IMG/VR virus record: IMGVR_UViG_3300032046_006283
Location: 9,125 to 73,124 of that record
Origin: a virus
Reading direction: 5' to 3' (one strand)
DNA length: 64,000 bases
Shown here: positions 21,601 through 30,481 of the stretch, piece after piece
How the letters are laid out: each line of letters starts with the position of its first letter
Position numbering within the stretch: the stretch's first letter is position 1
The notes under the pieces: generated by a model
What the model was told of the DNA's origin: nothing
Database searches by the model: none
Seen by the model: only the letters and a program-made list of their open reading frames with translations
Translations under genes and position numbers: made by a program

Positions 21601-22860
21601 TAAAGTCTTTTCGTCTCTTAAACTCTTTTTCACTAATTTATCAATTTTTTCATCAACTGAAGCCATAGGAGCTGTAGGAGCTACCATAGGTCCTCCAGGT
21701 AAAGTTTCTTGAGTAACACCTCCACCAGGAGTAGCTTGAATGTTTAAATCAGCACTTGGAATAGGAGCAGTTTTCATTCCTGTTTCATCTGTTAATATAG
21801 CATCAATTCCTGTAGTAGAATCAATAGTATAAATCTTTCCTTGATATTCTACCTGCTGTCCCGGAACAGGAACACCAGCAGCTGTTTTCTTTTTAGTAGA
21901 AGCAATCTTTTTCACCTGAATTTGAGAATATTCTTCTTTTTCTCCATCCTCAAATTGAACAACAAAGTTTCCACTCTCAGGACTTATATAAGTAATCACT
22001 GCAAGTTCTCCATGTCTTTCAGTTCCTAGTGAATCGACCTGAATTGTTTCTCCTTCGTAATATAATTCCTCAGCTGTTTTCTTTTTAGCAACAATTTCTC
22101 TAAATCTTGTAAAATCTTTTTCACGAAAATGCATTTCAGGAACAATAAAGTTTGGTTCAGGAGCTCCAAAAACTTTACCAGATGTAAAACTCTGAACGCC
22201 TTCTTTTGTAAAAGGAATTTCACTACCTTGTAAAGTCTTAAAAATCTTTGGAAGCATAACTTCTCCAGAAGGAGTAATACCTGCAACAGCAACCACCCTA
22301 AATCTAACATCATTATTATCTACTGACTCTATAGTATATTCTGCATATTTAACATTTTGAGGCCCACCTTCATAAATTGCTTCTCTCATTCCTCTTTGAA
22401 ACTTTAATTGAGGATTAAACATACCAACAGAAACTGCAAACTTTCCTAATATATGTGCAACCCTTTCTAAAATTGCACGATCCACCCACTGACTAGGAAC
22501 ATAGCCAGGGACTATATTTTGATTTAAGTATAAATCAGCATTCCTATTTATTTTACTTATATTTGTAGCTACTTTAATTATACGATCTTTAATAAGAACA
22601 GAGCTACAAACAGGACAAGAAACAAAACTTTGGCCATTACGAACAGCTTCGATAAATTGTTTTCGTAATGAAGAAGCACCAAAAGATTTTTTACATCCTT
22701 GGCATGCATAAGATAAAACAACTTCTTTCATATTATCTTTAACATATTTTTTTGCTTCTTCTTTCTTTTGAGATTGTTTACTTGCAATCTTTTTTAATCT
22801 TTCAGCTTTAAACCACTTTCGGGTTCCTTTATTTCCTTTTTGTTCTTTAGGTATCAACAT
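18622..22860 (-). CDS. 1412-aa mosaic protein, putative virion polyprotein (zinc ribbons, SH3/KOW-like modules, ferritin-like segment, C-terminal coiled coil)
   Basis: Many K-x-A(S) linkers (KEASIKKTA, KTASLQKRA, KAASLTKTA) separating unrelated small domains. Confidence 0.6.
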   Translation of the reverse strand: MLIPKEQKGNKGTRKWFKAERLKKIASKQSQKKEEAKKYVKDNMKEVVLSYACQGCKKSFGASSLRKQFIEAVRNGQSFVSCPVCSSVLIKDRIIKVATNISKINRNADLYLNQNIVPGYVPSQWVDRAILERVAHILGKFAVSVGMFNPQLKFQRGMREAIYEGGPQNVKYAEYTIESVDNNDVRFRVVAVAGITPSGEVMLPKIFKTLQGSEIPFTKEGVQSFTSGKVFGAPEPNFIVPEMHFREKDFTRFREIVAKKKTAEELYYEGETIQVDSLGTERHGELAVITYISPESGNFVVQFEDGEKEEYSQIQVKKIASTKKKTAAGVPVPGQQVEYQGKIYTIDSTTGIDAILTDETGMKTAPIPSADLNIQATPGGGVTQETLPGGPMVAPTAPMASVDEKIDKLVKKSLRDEKTLVPFTDPDPDYSVAKQTDVDPDFGVPYEESNQGILPEEDRAVQKMFRGGSSIIPTTTKSAAEEESEEEEEEYRLGLCLDCGETMTHEEWVENEFKCPYCGSERIEEMEKAASLTKTAPEKEELESMVQTCMREKGWSHDKCMNYVAGGIWHRKGDRHKTASLQKRAVKCEECMLEMTDPKTETCTKEYINLKGKGYLRDTSYFDVNERCHDCNIVNKLGNIHHFGCDIERCPICGGQLIGCGHADKDTFVFSKKASSNKKVKKASPAEGIAPFIYEIVTEGVKEGKSFNEIKKIIEEKHPGFEFKEEDYEEAKFGKEASIKKKAEPTGYHETDETGKQIPIERLRMLVEDYVRAGQIPLDFDLTKITSEVSRMTRKELEEIIDKKLKDQHYPVVHAKKENLEKIVQKKDFDSTKGKSSNEIVQEIRKKAEKSFTVGDEVKTIAGLKGSVVDIIPNYKSPRTGIVYTAYEVLLEDGRKMLYSLVDLEKAAYAFLKEKTADLFEKTPEERFEIFADYVLTDEDFAIDVVKAVTRSRSVPQNVKNKVASDLEEFTDERNYDALERAAQTVLDYFKNHLSLMEKWYRKDIDDLITNLEETEEKEASIKKTADLSEKMVEEHIEEEQEGAEMYNDMAKEVECPKAEKALKDMAEDETEHAEKLEEVVLPAVEYEPEEETEKEASKLSVMKKESVSEETIQEILDKINRGLDVLSGWDSGKVKLLDPAKNAKRISKWIEEVESVFGTLSPQTQVHFRPTLDKYKEELDILGGEYLLEKEASLRFALEEVDVKEKPKTEFKELKTKPHGEPSSEEVKEAPVATPEMQKTFHEVQNHKQRLGEIKSLVDEARAKVEEQIRKIQEEHGSVTEAAELQEGIEKLSSLVEQAQTQVIDLGEFFLYLDTSVKEKKFKPSDKWRVEKLLEKFGEDAKIYLEKAERGASSLNEEVQQRVLTMFPKREGSTKEANVFDAIRELGSGLWAYIKSLSEIVEEGNQLELAL

Positions 22861-22903
22861 TTTAAAACCTCCAATATTTTATATTTATATTTTATTTTCT
22901 TTT

Positions 22904-25138
22904 TTAAAAAACCTCAGGAGACTCAAGATCTGATTCTTCTTCTTCCACTTCTTCTGTTTCCTCTTCTTCTGGTTCTATAGGTTGTTCTGAAGGAGAAACT
23001 TCAGCACCTTTTGGTTCTTCTTCTTCTTTTTTTTCTTCAGTTACTCCTTCTTGATCTCCAAAATTTATACTAAAATCTTTAGTTTCTGGATTTAAAGTAA
23101 TTGTTATTTCTTCAAGTTCTTCCTCTTCAGGTTCTTCTTCTCCATCTAATAATTTTTTAGGCTCTCCAGGTAATTTTGGATGACCTGTTTCTTTTACGGT
23201 CCAATTCATAGGCTGAAGTTTACTTGAACTTCCTGCGCCTCCCCCACCTCTTAACGCTTCCATTCCATCAGCTGTTTTCTTCAAATTCTCTTTTTTCGCT
23301 CTACCATATAATTGTACTACTCGTTTTGCTATTCCAAAAAGATGTTGAAATTCTTTTTCATTTACTAAATATCCATTTTGATCTAACCATTCTCTTAAAG
23401 CTTGTTCAACATGTTTTATCTCATTACCAAGATACCCAAGAGTTTCAAGAAATTTTTCACTCTCTACTAATTCTCTTTCTACTCTAATTAAAGATATTTC
23501 AACTGCTGTTTTTATAGTTGCTTCTTTTATAATACTACTAATTTTTTCATTAATTGCTTCTAATGGAATTTCTTTCTCAATTCCTTCACCTTCTTCTTCC
23601 ATCTTATATAAACGAGTATAATAATCAGGAAGTTCATTAAGATGGTCTAAAGCAATCTTTGCATAATTTGTAGCATTGCCTTCACCAACAACTCCAGAGT
23701 GTTCAATTTCAACATTCATTCCTTTTGTAAATTCATCTAAATTCACGAGCTTCCAATCAACACCTAAAGAATCTCCTATACGTTTTGCTTCATCAGCTGT
23801 AAATATGTTTATAAGATTATCGTGTTCTGCTGTTTTCTTAGAAGCTTCTTTCAATAAAACAATACTATATTCTTCTTCATTATACCATAGTTGCTCGTCT
23901 TCGTTCCCAGATCCTGTAATTTCAATAGTTTCGTGCATATCACCATCATTACCAAGGTATTCATCAACTTGAGCAATTGTTACACTTGGAGCAATAGTAG
24001 TATTCTCTTCTTTATCCATTATTTGAACTTTATCACCAACCTTAAATGAAATCTTCTTTATCGAAGCTTCTTTTTCAACTTCTTCTCCAAGTTCCTTTTC
24101 TATCTCTTCTTCTGTTTCCTCTTCAGGTTTTTCTAAAGATTCTTCAACAGGACTTGATGGAGTATTTAATTCTTTTAAATATTTTAAAGCTTTAGGATTG
24201 TCAAACCACATAATAACATTTTGAGATTTTTTATTTTTTGCAAATTTTAATAAATTTTTTCCTTTTAACCAAGTTTTAATTGCTTCACTATAATTACCAA
24301 CACCTTCATTTTTATCTTTTTCAACTAAAAAATCATATAATTCTTTAGATGTTTCAGGTGTAAGATTAATACCAAATGCATCTAAAACTTGATCGTGTAA
24401 ATCTTCAACATCACTATCAACAAATTGTGCTCTCTTTTTTAAAGAAGCTTTTTCATTTACTCTTTTAGTATAAACAACTTTTTCTAATTGATTTCTATTG
24501 TATGAAGCTTTGCACTTACACTGAATTTTTCCAACAGTCTTCAAACCTTGCAAAGAAATTTCTTTATTACAAACAGAACAAGAAGCAACTGCTCTTATGG
24601 TATTATCTTCAAACCATGAAGAAGGCATATCTTTAAAAATAACTTGAGAACGATCTGGAACAGCAGATCTAACTTCTCCTATCTTCCCATTATATTTTTC
24701 ATAAAGATGACCAAAAGGAACATTTATTTGAACTACTGTTCCTGGAGTATAGGAAATTTTTTTGGAAGAAGTCTTTTCTATTTTTGTTCTTTCTTCAATA
24801 ATTTCCTCTTTTTTCTGTATTGAAGCTTTTACTTGACGTATAATTTTATCATCTTCCCCTGTATAAACAACAACCCAGCGCTCATCTTTACCATTAGCAT
24901 TTTTTATTGTTTCAATAACCCATATACTTCCAGCATCAGCATCTGTTTTCTTTTTATATATATCATAGCCTACTTTCTCAAAATCTTCTTCATTTCCTTT
25001 AAAAAGAATAGCACCTCGTTTTCGTAAAACATTAACTCTTTCATTATATTTTACTAAATTAAGAGCCTTATTAACAAAATTTGGAATTTCTTCCATTTTT
25101 CTTACCTGATTCAAATATGATTTATTTACCATAGTCAA
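22904..25138 (-). CDS. 744-aa mosaic protein, putative virion polyprotein with an embedded DUF5661-like domain
   Basis: KASLKKRA, KEASIKKIS, KEASKKTA and KEATIKTA linkers; GMNVEIEH...AKIALDHLxExPDYYTRL. Confidence 0.6.
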   Translation of the reverse strand: MTMVNKSYLNQVRKMEEIPNFVNKALNLVKYNERVNVLRKRGAILFKGNEEDFEKVGYDIYKKKTDADAGSIWVIETIKNANGKDERWVVVYTGEDDKIIRQVKASIQKKEEIIEERTKIEKTSSKKISYTPGTVVQINVPFGHLYEKYNGKIGEVRSAVPDRSQVIFKDMPSSWFEDNTIRAVASCSVCNKEISLQGLKTVGKIQCKCKASYNRNQLEKVVYTKRVNEKASLKKRAQFVDSDVEDLHDQVLDAFGINLTPETSKELYDFLVEKDKNEGVGNYSEAIKTWLKGKNLLKFAKNKKSQNVIMWFDNPKALKYLKELNTPSSPVEESLEKPEEETEEEIEKELGEEVEKEASIKKISFKVGDKVQIMDKEENTTIAPSVTIAQVDEYLGNDGDMHETIEITGSGNEDEQLWYNEEEYSIVLLKEASKKTAEHDNLINIFTADEAKRIGDSLGVDWKLVNLDEFTKGMNVEIEHSGVVGEGNATNYAKIALDHLNELPDYYTRLYKMEEEGEGIEKEIPLEAINEKISSIIKEATIKTAVEISLIRVERELVESEKFLETLGYLGNEIKHVEQALREWLDQNGYLVNEKEFQHLFGIAKRVVQLYGRAKKENLKKTADGMEALRGGGGAGSSSKLQPMNWTVKETGHPKLPGEPKKLLDGEEEPEEEELEEITITLNPETKDFSINFGDQEGVTEEKKEEEEPKGAEVSPSEQPIEPEEEETEEVEEEESDLESPEVF

Positions 25139-25950
25139 ATGCCTCCATTAATTTATTTTTAACTTCATCTATATTTCTTAAAATATCATCTTCCCAAAAT
25201 CTTAAAACTACAAAACCTTTTTCCTTTGCTAACTGTTCATTTTTAACATCTCTTTCTTTTTGCCCTAATTGAATTTTATTAAAACTACTAAACTTTTTTG
25301 GATTTCCATGCCAATAGTCTCCGTCAACTTCTACAAGAAAAGGAGAATTTAGAATATGGAAATCAGCAACGTGATTACCAACACGATATTGTTTCTCATA
25401 AGGAATATGTAGAAATATTAAAATTTCTTCCATTTTAAGTTCAGGTTTAGTATCTTTAAAAGGACCTTTATAATCTTTAACATATTGTAGCATATATTTC
25501 TGCTGTTCTTTTCTTTTTTGTATTCCTTTTTCACTTTTATAAAACTCTTTAAGAGAATTTTTTAACTTTTTTCTTGTTTTATCTAAAACAAATATGTCCT
25601 TCAAGAGAATTACTGGTTAATTGTTTTGCTTTTTCAGACCTAAATTTGCCTGTATTAATTCTTCGTAATTTTTCCATTATCCATTTTGGACGTGGTATAT
25701 CTTTTTTTGAATCACTTATTCTTTTAACACCTTTGTTTGTTTCTTTTGTCAATCCTTTATTCCATGCTTTTTGACCTATATGAGAATCCCTTTTATTTCT
25801 TAAACAATACCCATTTCTTTTAACAACATTACCAATAGTTGTTTGAGTACAATCCATTATTTTTGCTAATTTAATAGTACTTAATTTATCTTCAACATAT
25901 TGTTTACAAATTTGCGTTTCTTGTTCTTTTGTAAACATTCTATTTGACAC
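25122..25950 (-). pseudogene. Frameshifted NUMOD3/HTH + DUF559-like endonuclease (ORFs 25579..25950 and 25122..25604)
   Basis: Removing one base from the A4 run at 25585-25588 joins GHIC to LDKTRKKL and gives one protein collinear with the paralogs at 1047 and 44466. Confidence 0.7.
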
Positions 25951-25977
25951 TTTTTTATCCTAATTAAAATTAATAAA

Positions 25978-26112
25978 TTATTTTCCACCATTATTCTCGA
26001 GACATTCCGCACAAACTTTTTTTCCATCAGAATCAAAAAGAACACGAACTTTTTTGCCACATTTATCACATTTCGTCAATATTTGTGTTCCTTTGGCTTT
26101 CTTTTTTAACAT
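25978..26112 (-). CDS. Small zinc-finger protein (44 aa), first gene of the late module
   Basis: GGAGG RBS; MLKKKAKG...CDKC...CAEC; a better call than the 25881..26069 frame. Confidence 0.55.
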   Translation of the reverse strand: MLKKKAKGTQILTKCDKCGKKVRVLFDSDGKKVCAECLENNGGK

Positions 26113-26220
26113 AATTTCCTCCAAAACAATAAAATAATATCCAAAAACTAAGATAACCTTAATTATATATTCATATTATATTATAGGAAAAAAAGAGGAA
26201 AAATAGAAGAAAAGAGCTCT
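26113..26220 (-). promoter_or_regulatory. Intergenic boundary between the replication and late modules: pyrimidine tract followed by TATAAT boxes
   Basis: Minus strand reads ...TTTTTTTCCTATAATATAATATGAATATATAATT...; no clear -35 box. Confidence 0.35.
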
Positions 26221-26502
26221 TTAGAGTGCTTTTTTAGAATTGTCTTCAGTATCTCTACTGTCACCCACAAGACCTAACAAATCGTCAGCAGACAATTGAA
26301 GATACAAACACAATTTCTTGAAAGTCTTCAGAGAAGGATATTTTTTTAAATCTTCATACTGCTTAATTCTATTTCGATGAATTTTTATTTCTTGAGCCAT
26401 CTTTTTCTTTGTATTAAAAGGCTTAATCATTTGCTTCCTACGTTCTTTAAGTAGTTCATTATCAATGACTTTCCAACCATCGAATTTATCCTTTATTGTC
26501 AT
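26221..26502 (-). CDS. XRE/Cro-like HTH regulator
   Basis: KKMAQEIKI...IKQYE...YPSLKTFKKLCLYLQLSADDLLG. Confidence 0.75.
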   Translation of the reverse strand: MTIKDKFDGWKVIDNELLKERRKQMIKPFNTKKKMAQEIKIHRNRIKQYEDLKKYPSLKTFKKLCLYLQLSADDLLGLVGDSRDTEDNSKKAL

Positions 26503-27896
26503 TCAATTACTCCTGTGTCTTCTTCGTAACCTTTTTTACTCAATTCAGTAGGATTTTCTTGACAAACTTCTTCAACCAAATTATCACGAAAACCTACAGG
26601 TTTTTTCATAGGACTAACTTTAATGTATTTTTTCAAAACATCAAGAGCAGCTTCAAAATATTGTTGCTTTAAAATAACTTTATTGTTCTCTAAAGAATTA
26701 CCATCAATAGCAAAACCTGCAGCAGTTATTATAAGTTCTTTTAAGAGGGCTGGAGTAAAACCTTCTGATCCTTCTATAATCTTCTTCCAATTTATTTCAC
26801 TATCAACTTTTAAATCTTTACAAAAACGAAAAAGCATTTTTTGTCTTTCTTCTCTATTAGGTAATTCCATTTTTATTATTCTATCAAATCTTCCAGGTCT
26901 TTCTTTTATTGCTTCATCTAAAAGCTCAGGATGGTTTGTTGTCATTATTATCAATACACCTTCGTTCTCAATAAGGCCATCAACTTTATTAAGAAACTCT
27001 CCTAAAATCGATGAATTGTTTCCTTGGTTTCTACCCATACCATAAAAATCAGCATCTTCCATAAATAATATTGAAGGAGCAGTTTCTATAGCTAATTCAA
27101 ATAACATTTCAATAGTTCTATAAGGATCATTACTAACAATATACTTCGGAGTAACCCAAATAAAAGTTGCACCTTCAATTGTACAAACTAAAACTTTTCC
27201 TAAAAGAGTTTTACCTACACCTGGAGGACCTGTTATTAAAATACCCCTCTTTGTAGGTAATCCATTCTCTTTATATATTTTAAAGTTTGCTAAATACTTT
27301 TCAATATTTCGAGTTATTTCATCTCTCAGTTCAGATGATAAAATTATATCATCCCAAGTATGAGATTTTACTTTTAAAAACTTTCCGTAAGGAGTAATTT
27401 TTTTATTTTTCAAAAAACTATGTTCACAAATATATATATTAAAATCTTTAACAATTTGAACCACTTCTTCTTTATTTTCTTCAGTAGAATAAACTTTTAA
27501 AAATCCTACAAAATCACTTTCTCCAAAATCTACAGAAACAATAAACTTTTTATTATCTTTAACTAAAAAATAAACCCCTTCAGTAACAACTTCCACAAAA
27601 TTGTCAAGACTTATTTCAACTAATTGCCTAGAAACATTTCTAATCCCTTCATATCCACACCAAACTAATTTTTCTACTTTAAAACCTTTTTGTTCTAACA
27701 CTTTAGGTAAAAAATAACAAACAAGAGGTAACTTAAATATAGGATACGTTTGTTTAACATTATAAAGAGAACCTACAGAAACTCCAAAATAATCACTTAG
27801 TATTCTTTCTTTAATATTAGGAGGATCATTCACGTCTCGTATTATTTCATATAATTCACCTAAAGTAGCATCTAAAAACTTTTTCTCTTCATCCAT
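26499..27896 (-). CDS. AAA+ ATPase (single classical AAA module)
   Basis: RGILITGPPGVGKT, ILFMEDAD, TTNHPELLD, RPGRFDR. Confidence 0.88.
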   Translation of the reverse strand: MDEEKKFLDATLGELYEIIRDVNDPPNIKERILSDYFGVSVGSLYNVKQTYPIFKLPLVCYFLPKVLEQKGFKVEKLVWCGYEGIRNVSRQLVEISLDNFVEVVTEGVYFLVKDNKKFIVSVDFGESDFVGFLKVYSTEENKEEVVQIVKDFNIYICEHSFLKNKKITPYGKFLKVKSHTWDDIILSSELRDEITRNIEKYLANFKIYKENGLPTKRGILITGPPGVGKTLLGKVLVCTIEGATFIWVTPKYIVSNDPYRTIEMLFELAIETAPSILFMEDADFYGMGRNQGNNSSILGEFLNKVDGLIENEGVLIIMTTNHPELLDEAIKERPGRFDRIIKMELPNREERQKMLFRFCKDLKVDSEINWKKIIEGSEGFTPALLKELIITAAGFAIDGNSLENNKVILKQQYFEAALDVLKKYIKVSPMKKPVGFRDNLVEEVCQENPTELSKKGYEEDTGVIE

Positions 27897-27898
27897 TT

Positions 27899-28324
27899 TT
27901 AGGCCTCACTTATGTTATTAAAACTTTTCCAAATTATTGACCCCACAACAAGCAATGGCGCTTCCGTCAATATTGTACTTACATAAACTGGTATTTTTGC
28001 AATATATGTTATAGGTATCTTACCTTTATAAATTTGATTGAACATATCAAATGGAAAAGATACTTTTGATAATATAATAGTATCAAAAATATCTTTACTT
28101 ATAAAAATTGCAATAGGCTTTCTATTTTGTTTCAATAAAATAATTCTTTGTTTAGCCATAGCACTAAGTAAAATATCATCATTTAAAATAATGTCTCTTA
28201 CTTTATCAAAAAACTTTTGTAACATTACTTCACGTAATGTATCTTGTACATTACAAAATTCTTGCAATCTTTTCTTCACTAAACGATCAAACAAATCACT
28301 TAGGATTGGAATCTTTACTCTCAT
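27899..28324 (-). CDS. Hypothetical protein
   Basis: ORF within an operon; no motif recognised. Confidence 0.5.
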   Translation of the reverse strand: MRVKIPILSDLFDRLVKKRLQEFCNVQDTLREVMLQKFFDKVRDIILNDDILLSAMAKQRIILLKQNRKPIAIFISKDIFDTIILSKVSFPFDMFNQIYKGKIPITYIAKIPVYVSTILTEAPLLVVGSIIWKSFNNISEA

Positions 28325-28724
28325 TTTCTTTTAGCTCCTTTAAACGTTGATCTATTAACGATAAAATCTCTTCCGCAAATTTTGTATCACGGAATAGTAA
28401 ATCAATTAATTTTATAAATTTAATGAGTAGGTCTTCATCACAAACAGTTATAATTGTTTTTGTATCTCCTACTAAACGTTCAAAATGAATCCAAGGAACT
28501 TTGTTTTCTCCTGCAAGTTTTTTAGTTTCATATACTCTAGTAAAAACAGAATTTTTTCTGCGTGTTTTTCCTTCAACTAAAGCATGTTTATATAAAACGT
28601 CACCTAAGCGTTTTTTACCAGAATCATCCCTATTGTTGCGACCAGACAATGGATTTCTACGAACTCCAAACCATTCCCCAATTTGAGCTTCAAAATTTTT
28701 AAAAATTGTGTTACGCTTACTCAA
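28296..28724 (-). CDS. Holliday junction resolvase-like PD-(D/E)XK nuclease
   Basis: KNFEAQI...RRNPLSG...GDV...LVEGK, Hjc-like layout. Confidence 0.65.
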   Translation of the reverse strand: MSKRNTIFKNFEAQIGEWFGVRRNPLSGRNNRDDSGKKRLGDVLYKHALVEGKTRRKNSVFTRVYETKKLAGENKVPWIHFERLVGDTKTIITVCDEDLLIKFIKLIDLLFRDTKFAEEILSLIDQRLKELKENESKDSNPK

Positions 28725-29358
28725 TTGTACTCACTCCTTTTTCATTCAATTTTACATTAAAAGTCTTCATGGCATACTCGGACAGTAATTCGTTATGAGT
28801 TATTAGTATAATTTGTCTCTTAAAAGTTTTTGTTACCTCTACTAAAAATTTACCAAAATTAGAAATATATTGAGATGAAATCATTTTACCTGGCTCATCC
28901 AAAAATAAAGGGCCAGGGATTCCAAGTAATTCTAACACAACTAATCTCAAAATCAAAGATACAATATCTACTACACCTCCACCATACGTTTCTGTAATTT
29001 GACCTTTAATTTTCTTCTCTTGATCTGTCCATTCTAAATAAAAATCTGCTTCTATTTGATTTCTACGAGAAACAAATTCAACTTTAAATTCAATATTAGG
29101 ATCTTCAAATACAGATTGCAAACCATGAGTAACTAAAATTTCTATTTCATCTTTTATTTTTTTTCGTGCAACGACGCTTGCTTTTTCAAATAAAAGAAGC
29201 ACATTTTTATAAATTTCTATTTTCTCTTTATCCTCTTTAAGTTTATTAGTAATATTTTCAAAGAGCTTCTGTTTCTCTTCATACCGCCCTTTGATCCGTT
29301 CTAATTTTAAAACTTCTTGATTATAAGAACTTTTTAATTGCTCAAATTTATTTTTCAT
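28717..29358 (-). CDS. Rad50/SbcC C-terminal half (signature, Walker B, H-loop)
   Basis: Coiled coil, then TYGGG, LFLDEP, ILITH. Confidence 0.8.
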   Translation of the reverse strand: MKNKFEQLKSSYNQEVLKLERIKGRYEEKQKLFENITNKLKEDKEKIEIYKNVLLLFEKASVVARKKIKDEIEILVTHGLQSVFEDPNIEFKVEFVSRRNQIEADFYLEWTDQEKKIKGQITETYGGGVVDIVSLILRLVVLELLGIPGPLFLDEPGKMISSQYISNFGKFLVEVTKTFKRQIILITHNELLSEYAMKTFNVKLNEKGVSTIE

Positions 29359-29602
29359 TTATTATACCTAAAGATATTTGAAGTTTTTGTTCAATTTCTA
29401 ACAACTCAGATTCTATTGTCTTTTTAAGTTTTTCAATTTCATCTGGAAGGTTTTCTGGAGTATACCCTAATGTAGTAATATCTGATCTTAAATCATCTCG
29501 TTTTTGTCTTAAATTTCTTAATTGCTCTTCCTTACGAATTTTCTCAGATTTTAATCTCTCAAGGTCTTTTTTAAGACTTTTTAATTTCTCTTCACTATTC
29601 AT
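29348..29602 (-). CDS. Small coiled-coil protein, possibly part of the split SbcC
   Basis: Heptad-rich 84 aa; overlaps the SbcC C-half start. Confidence 0.5.
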   Translation of the reverse strand: MNSEEKLKSLKKDLERLKSEKIRKEEQLRNLRQKRDDLRSDITTLGYTPENLPDEIEKLKKTIESELLEIEQKLQISLGIINEK

Positions 29603-29616
29603 TTTTTCTCCTTAAT

Positions 29617-29781
29617 TTAATTTTTCTTAACATATTTAAAAAAGCCTTTTAAATATTTTCTACAACCAGGACCAACCATCATTGGATGTTGCCATTTATC
29701 TTTTGGATTAGCTCTTACTTGTATTTCTTTTAAATCTTCAAATTCTTGTAAACAATATTCACAAAATCTTGATTTTTTCAT
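29617..29781 (-). CDS. Small Cys-containing protein (54 aa, absent from the ORF track)
   Basis: Manual translation MKKSRFCEYC...GPGCRKYL. Confidence 0.45.
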   Translation of the reverse strand: MKKSRFCEYCLQEFEDLKEIQVRANPKDKWQHPMMVGPGCRKYLKGFFKYVKKN

Positions 29782-29782
29782 T

Positions 29783-30481
29783 TTATACTTTCTCCTTACC
29801 TATCAATTTTAAAAAATTATCTTTACCATGTTTTAAAACAAAACTATCTGGGTCCTCTCCTTCAGGTAATTCTACACTCTTTACTTTCACATCCACCTGT
29901 TGTAAAAGTTTTATAGCTTTTTCAGTTGCTTTTTGACCCGCAGTATCTGGATCAAAAGCAATAACTACTTCATCTACATAACGACATATCAATCTTGCTT
30001 GATCCGAAGTAAATGAAGACCCTCCTAATCCTGAAACATTAGTGATTCCATTTTGAACTAAACTTATAACATCAAATTGTCCTTCAACTAAAATAATATA
30101 ATCTAATTTGTCTATTTCAGATTGTGCTTGGAATAATCCATATAACATTCTACCTTTTTGAAAAATTGGAGATTCTTTTGAATTTCTATATTTTGGTTCA
30201 TCTTCATTAGACAAAGCTCTACCTACAAAACCACAAGGATTATCATAAATATCAAAAAAAGGAAAAATCAAACGGTCACTTAAAGACCATTCATAACGTG
30301 AATCTTCTGGAGCATAACCTAACTTAAAGAGCTCAATCATATCTTTATTAATACTTCTTTTCTGAAGATATTCAAGAGCTTTAGAAGACTTTAATAATTG
30401 CTGTTGAAAATACTCCATAGCAATCTTATTAGTTTCAATTAAATGTTCTAATACTTTATTCATTAACCATTGCCTCATCAA
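29783..30481 (-). CDS. dnaG: DnaG primase catalytic core (TOPRIM) lacking the Zn-binding domain
   Basis: FKLGYAP, RLIFP, GFVGR, PKYRNS, VEGQFDV, FDPDTAG, DPD. Confidence 0.88.
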   Translation of the reverse strand: MMRQWLMNKVLEHLIETNKIAMEYFQQQLLKSSKALEYLQKRSINKDMIELFKLGYAPEDSRYEWSLSDRLIFPFFDIYDNPCGFVGRALSNEDEPKYRNSKESPIFQKGRMLYGLFQAQSEIDKLDYIILVEGQFDVISLVQNGITNVSGLGGSSFTSDQARLICRYVDEVVIAFDPDTAGQKATEKAIKLLQQVDVKVKSVELPEGEDPDSFVLKHGKDNFLKLIGKEKV

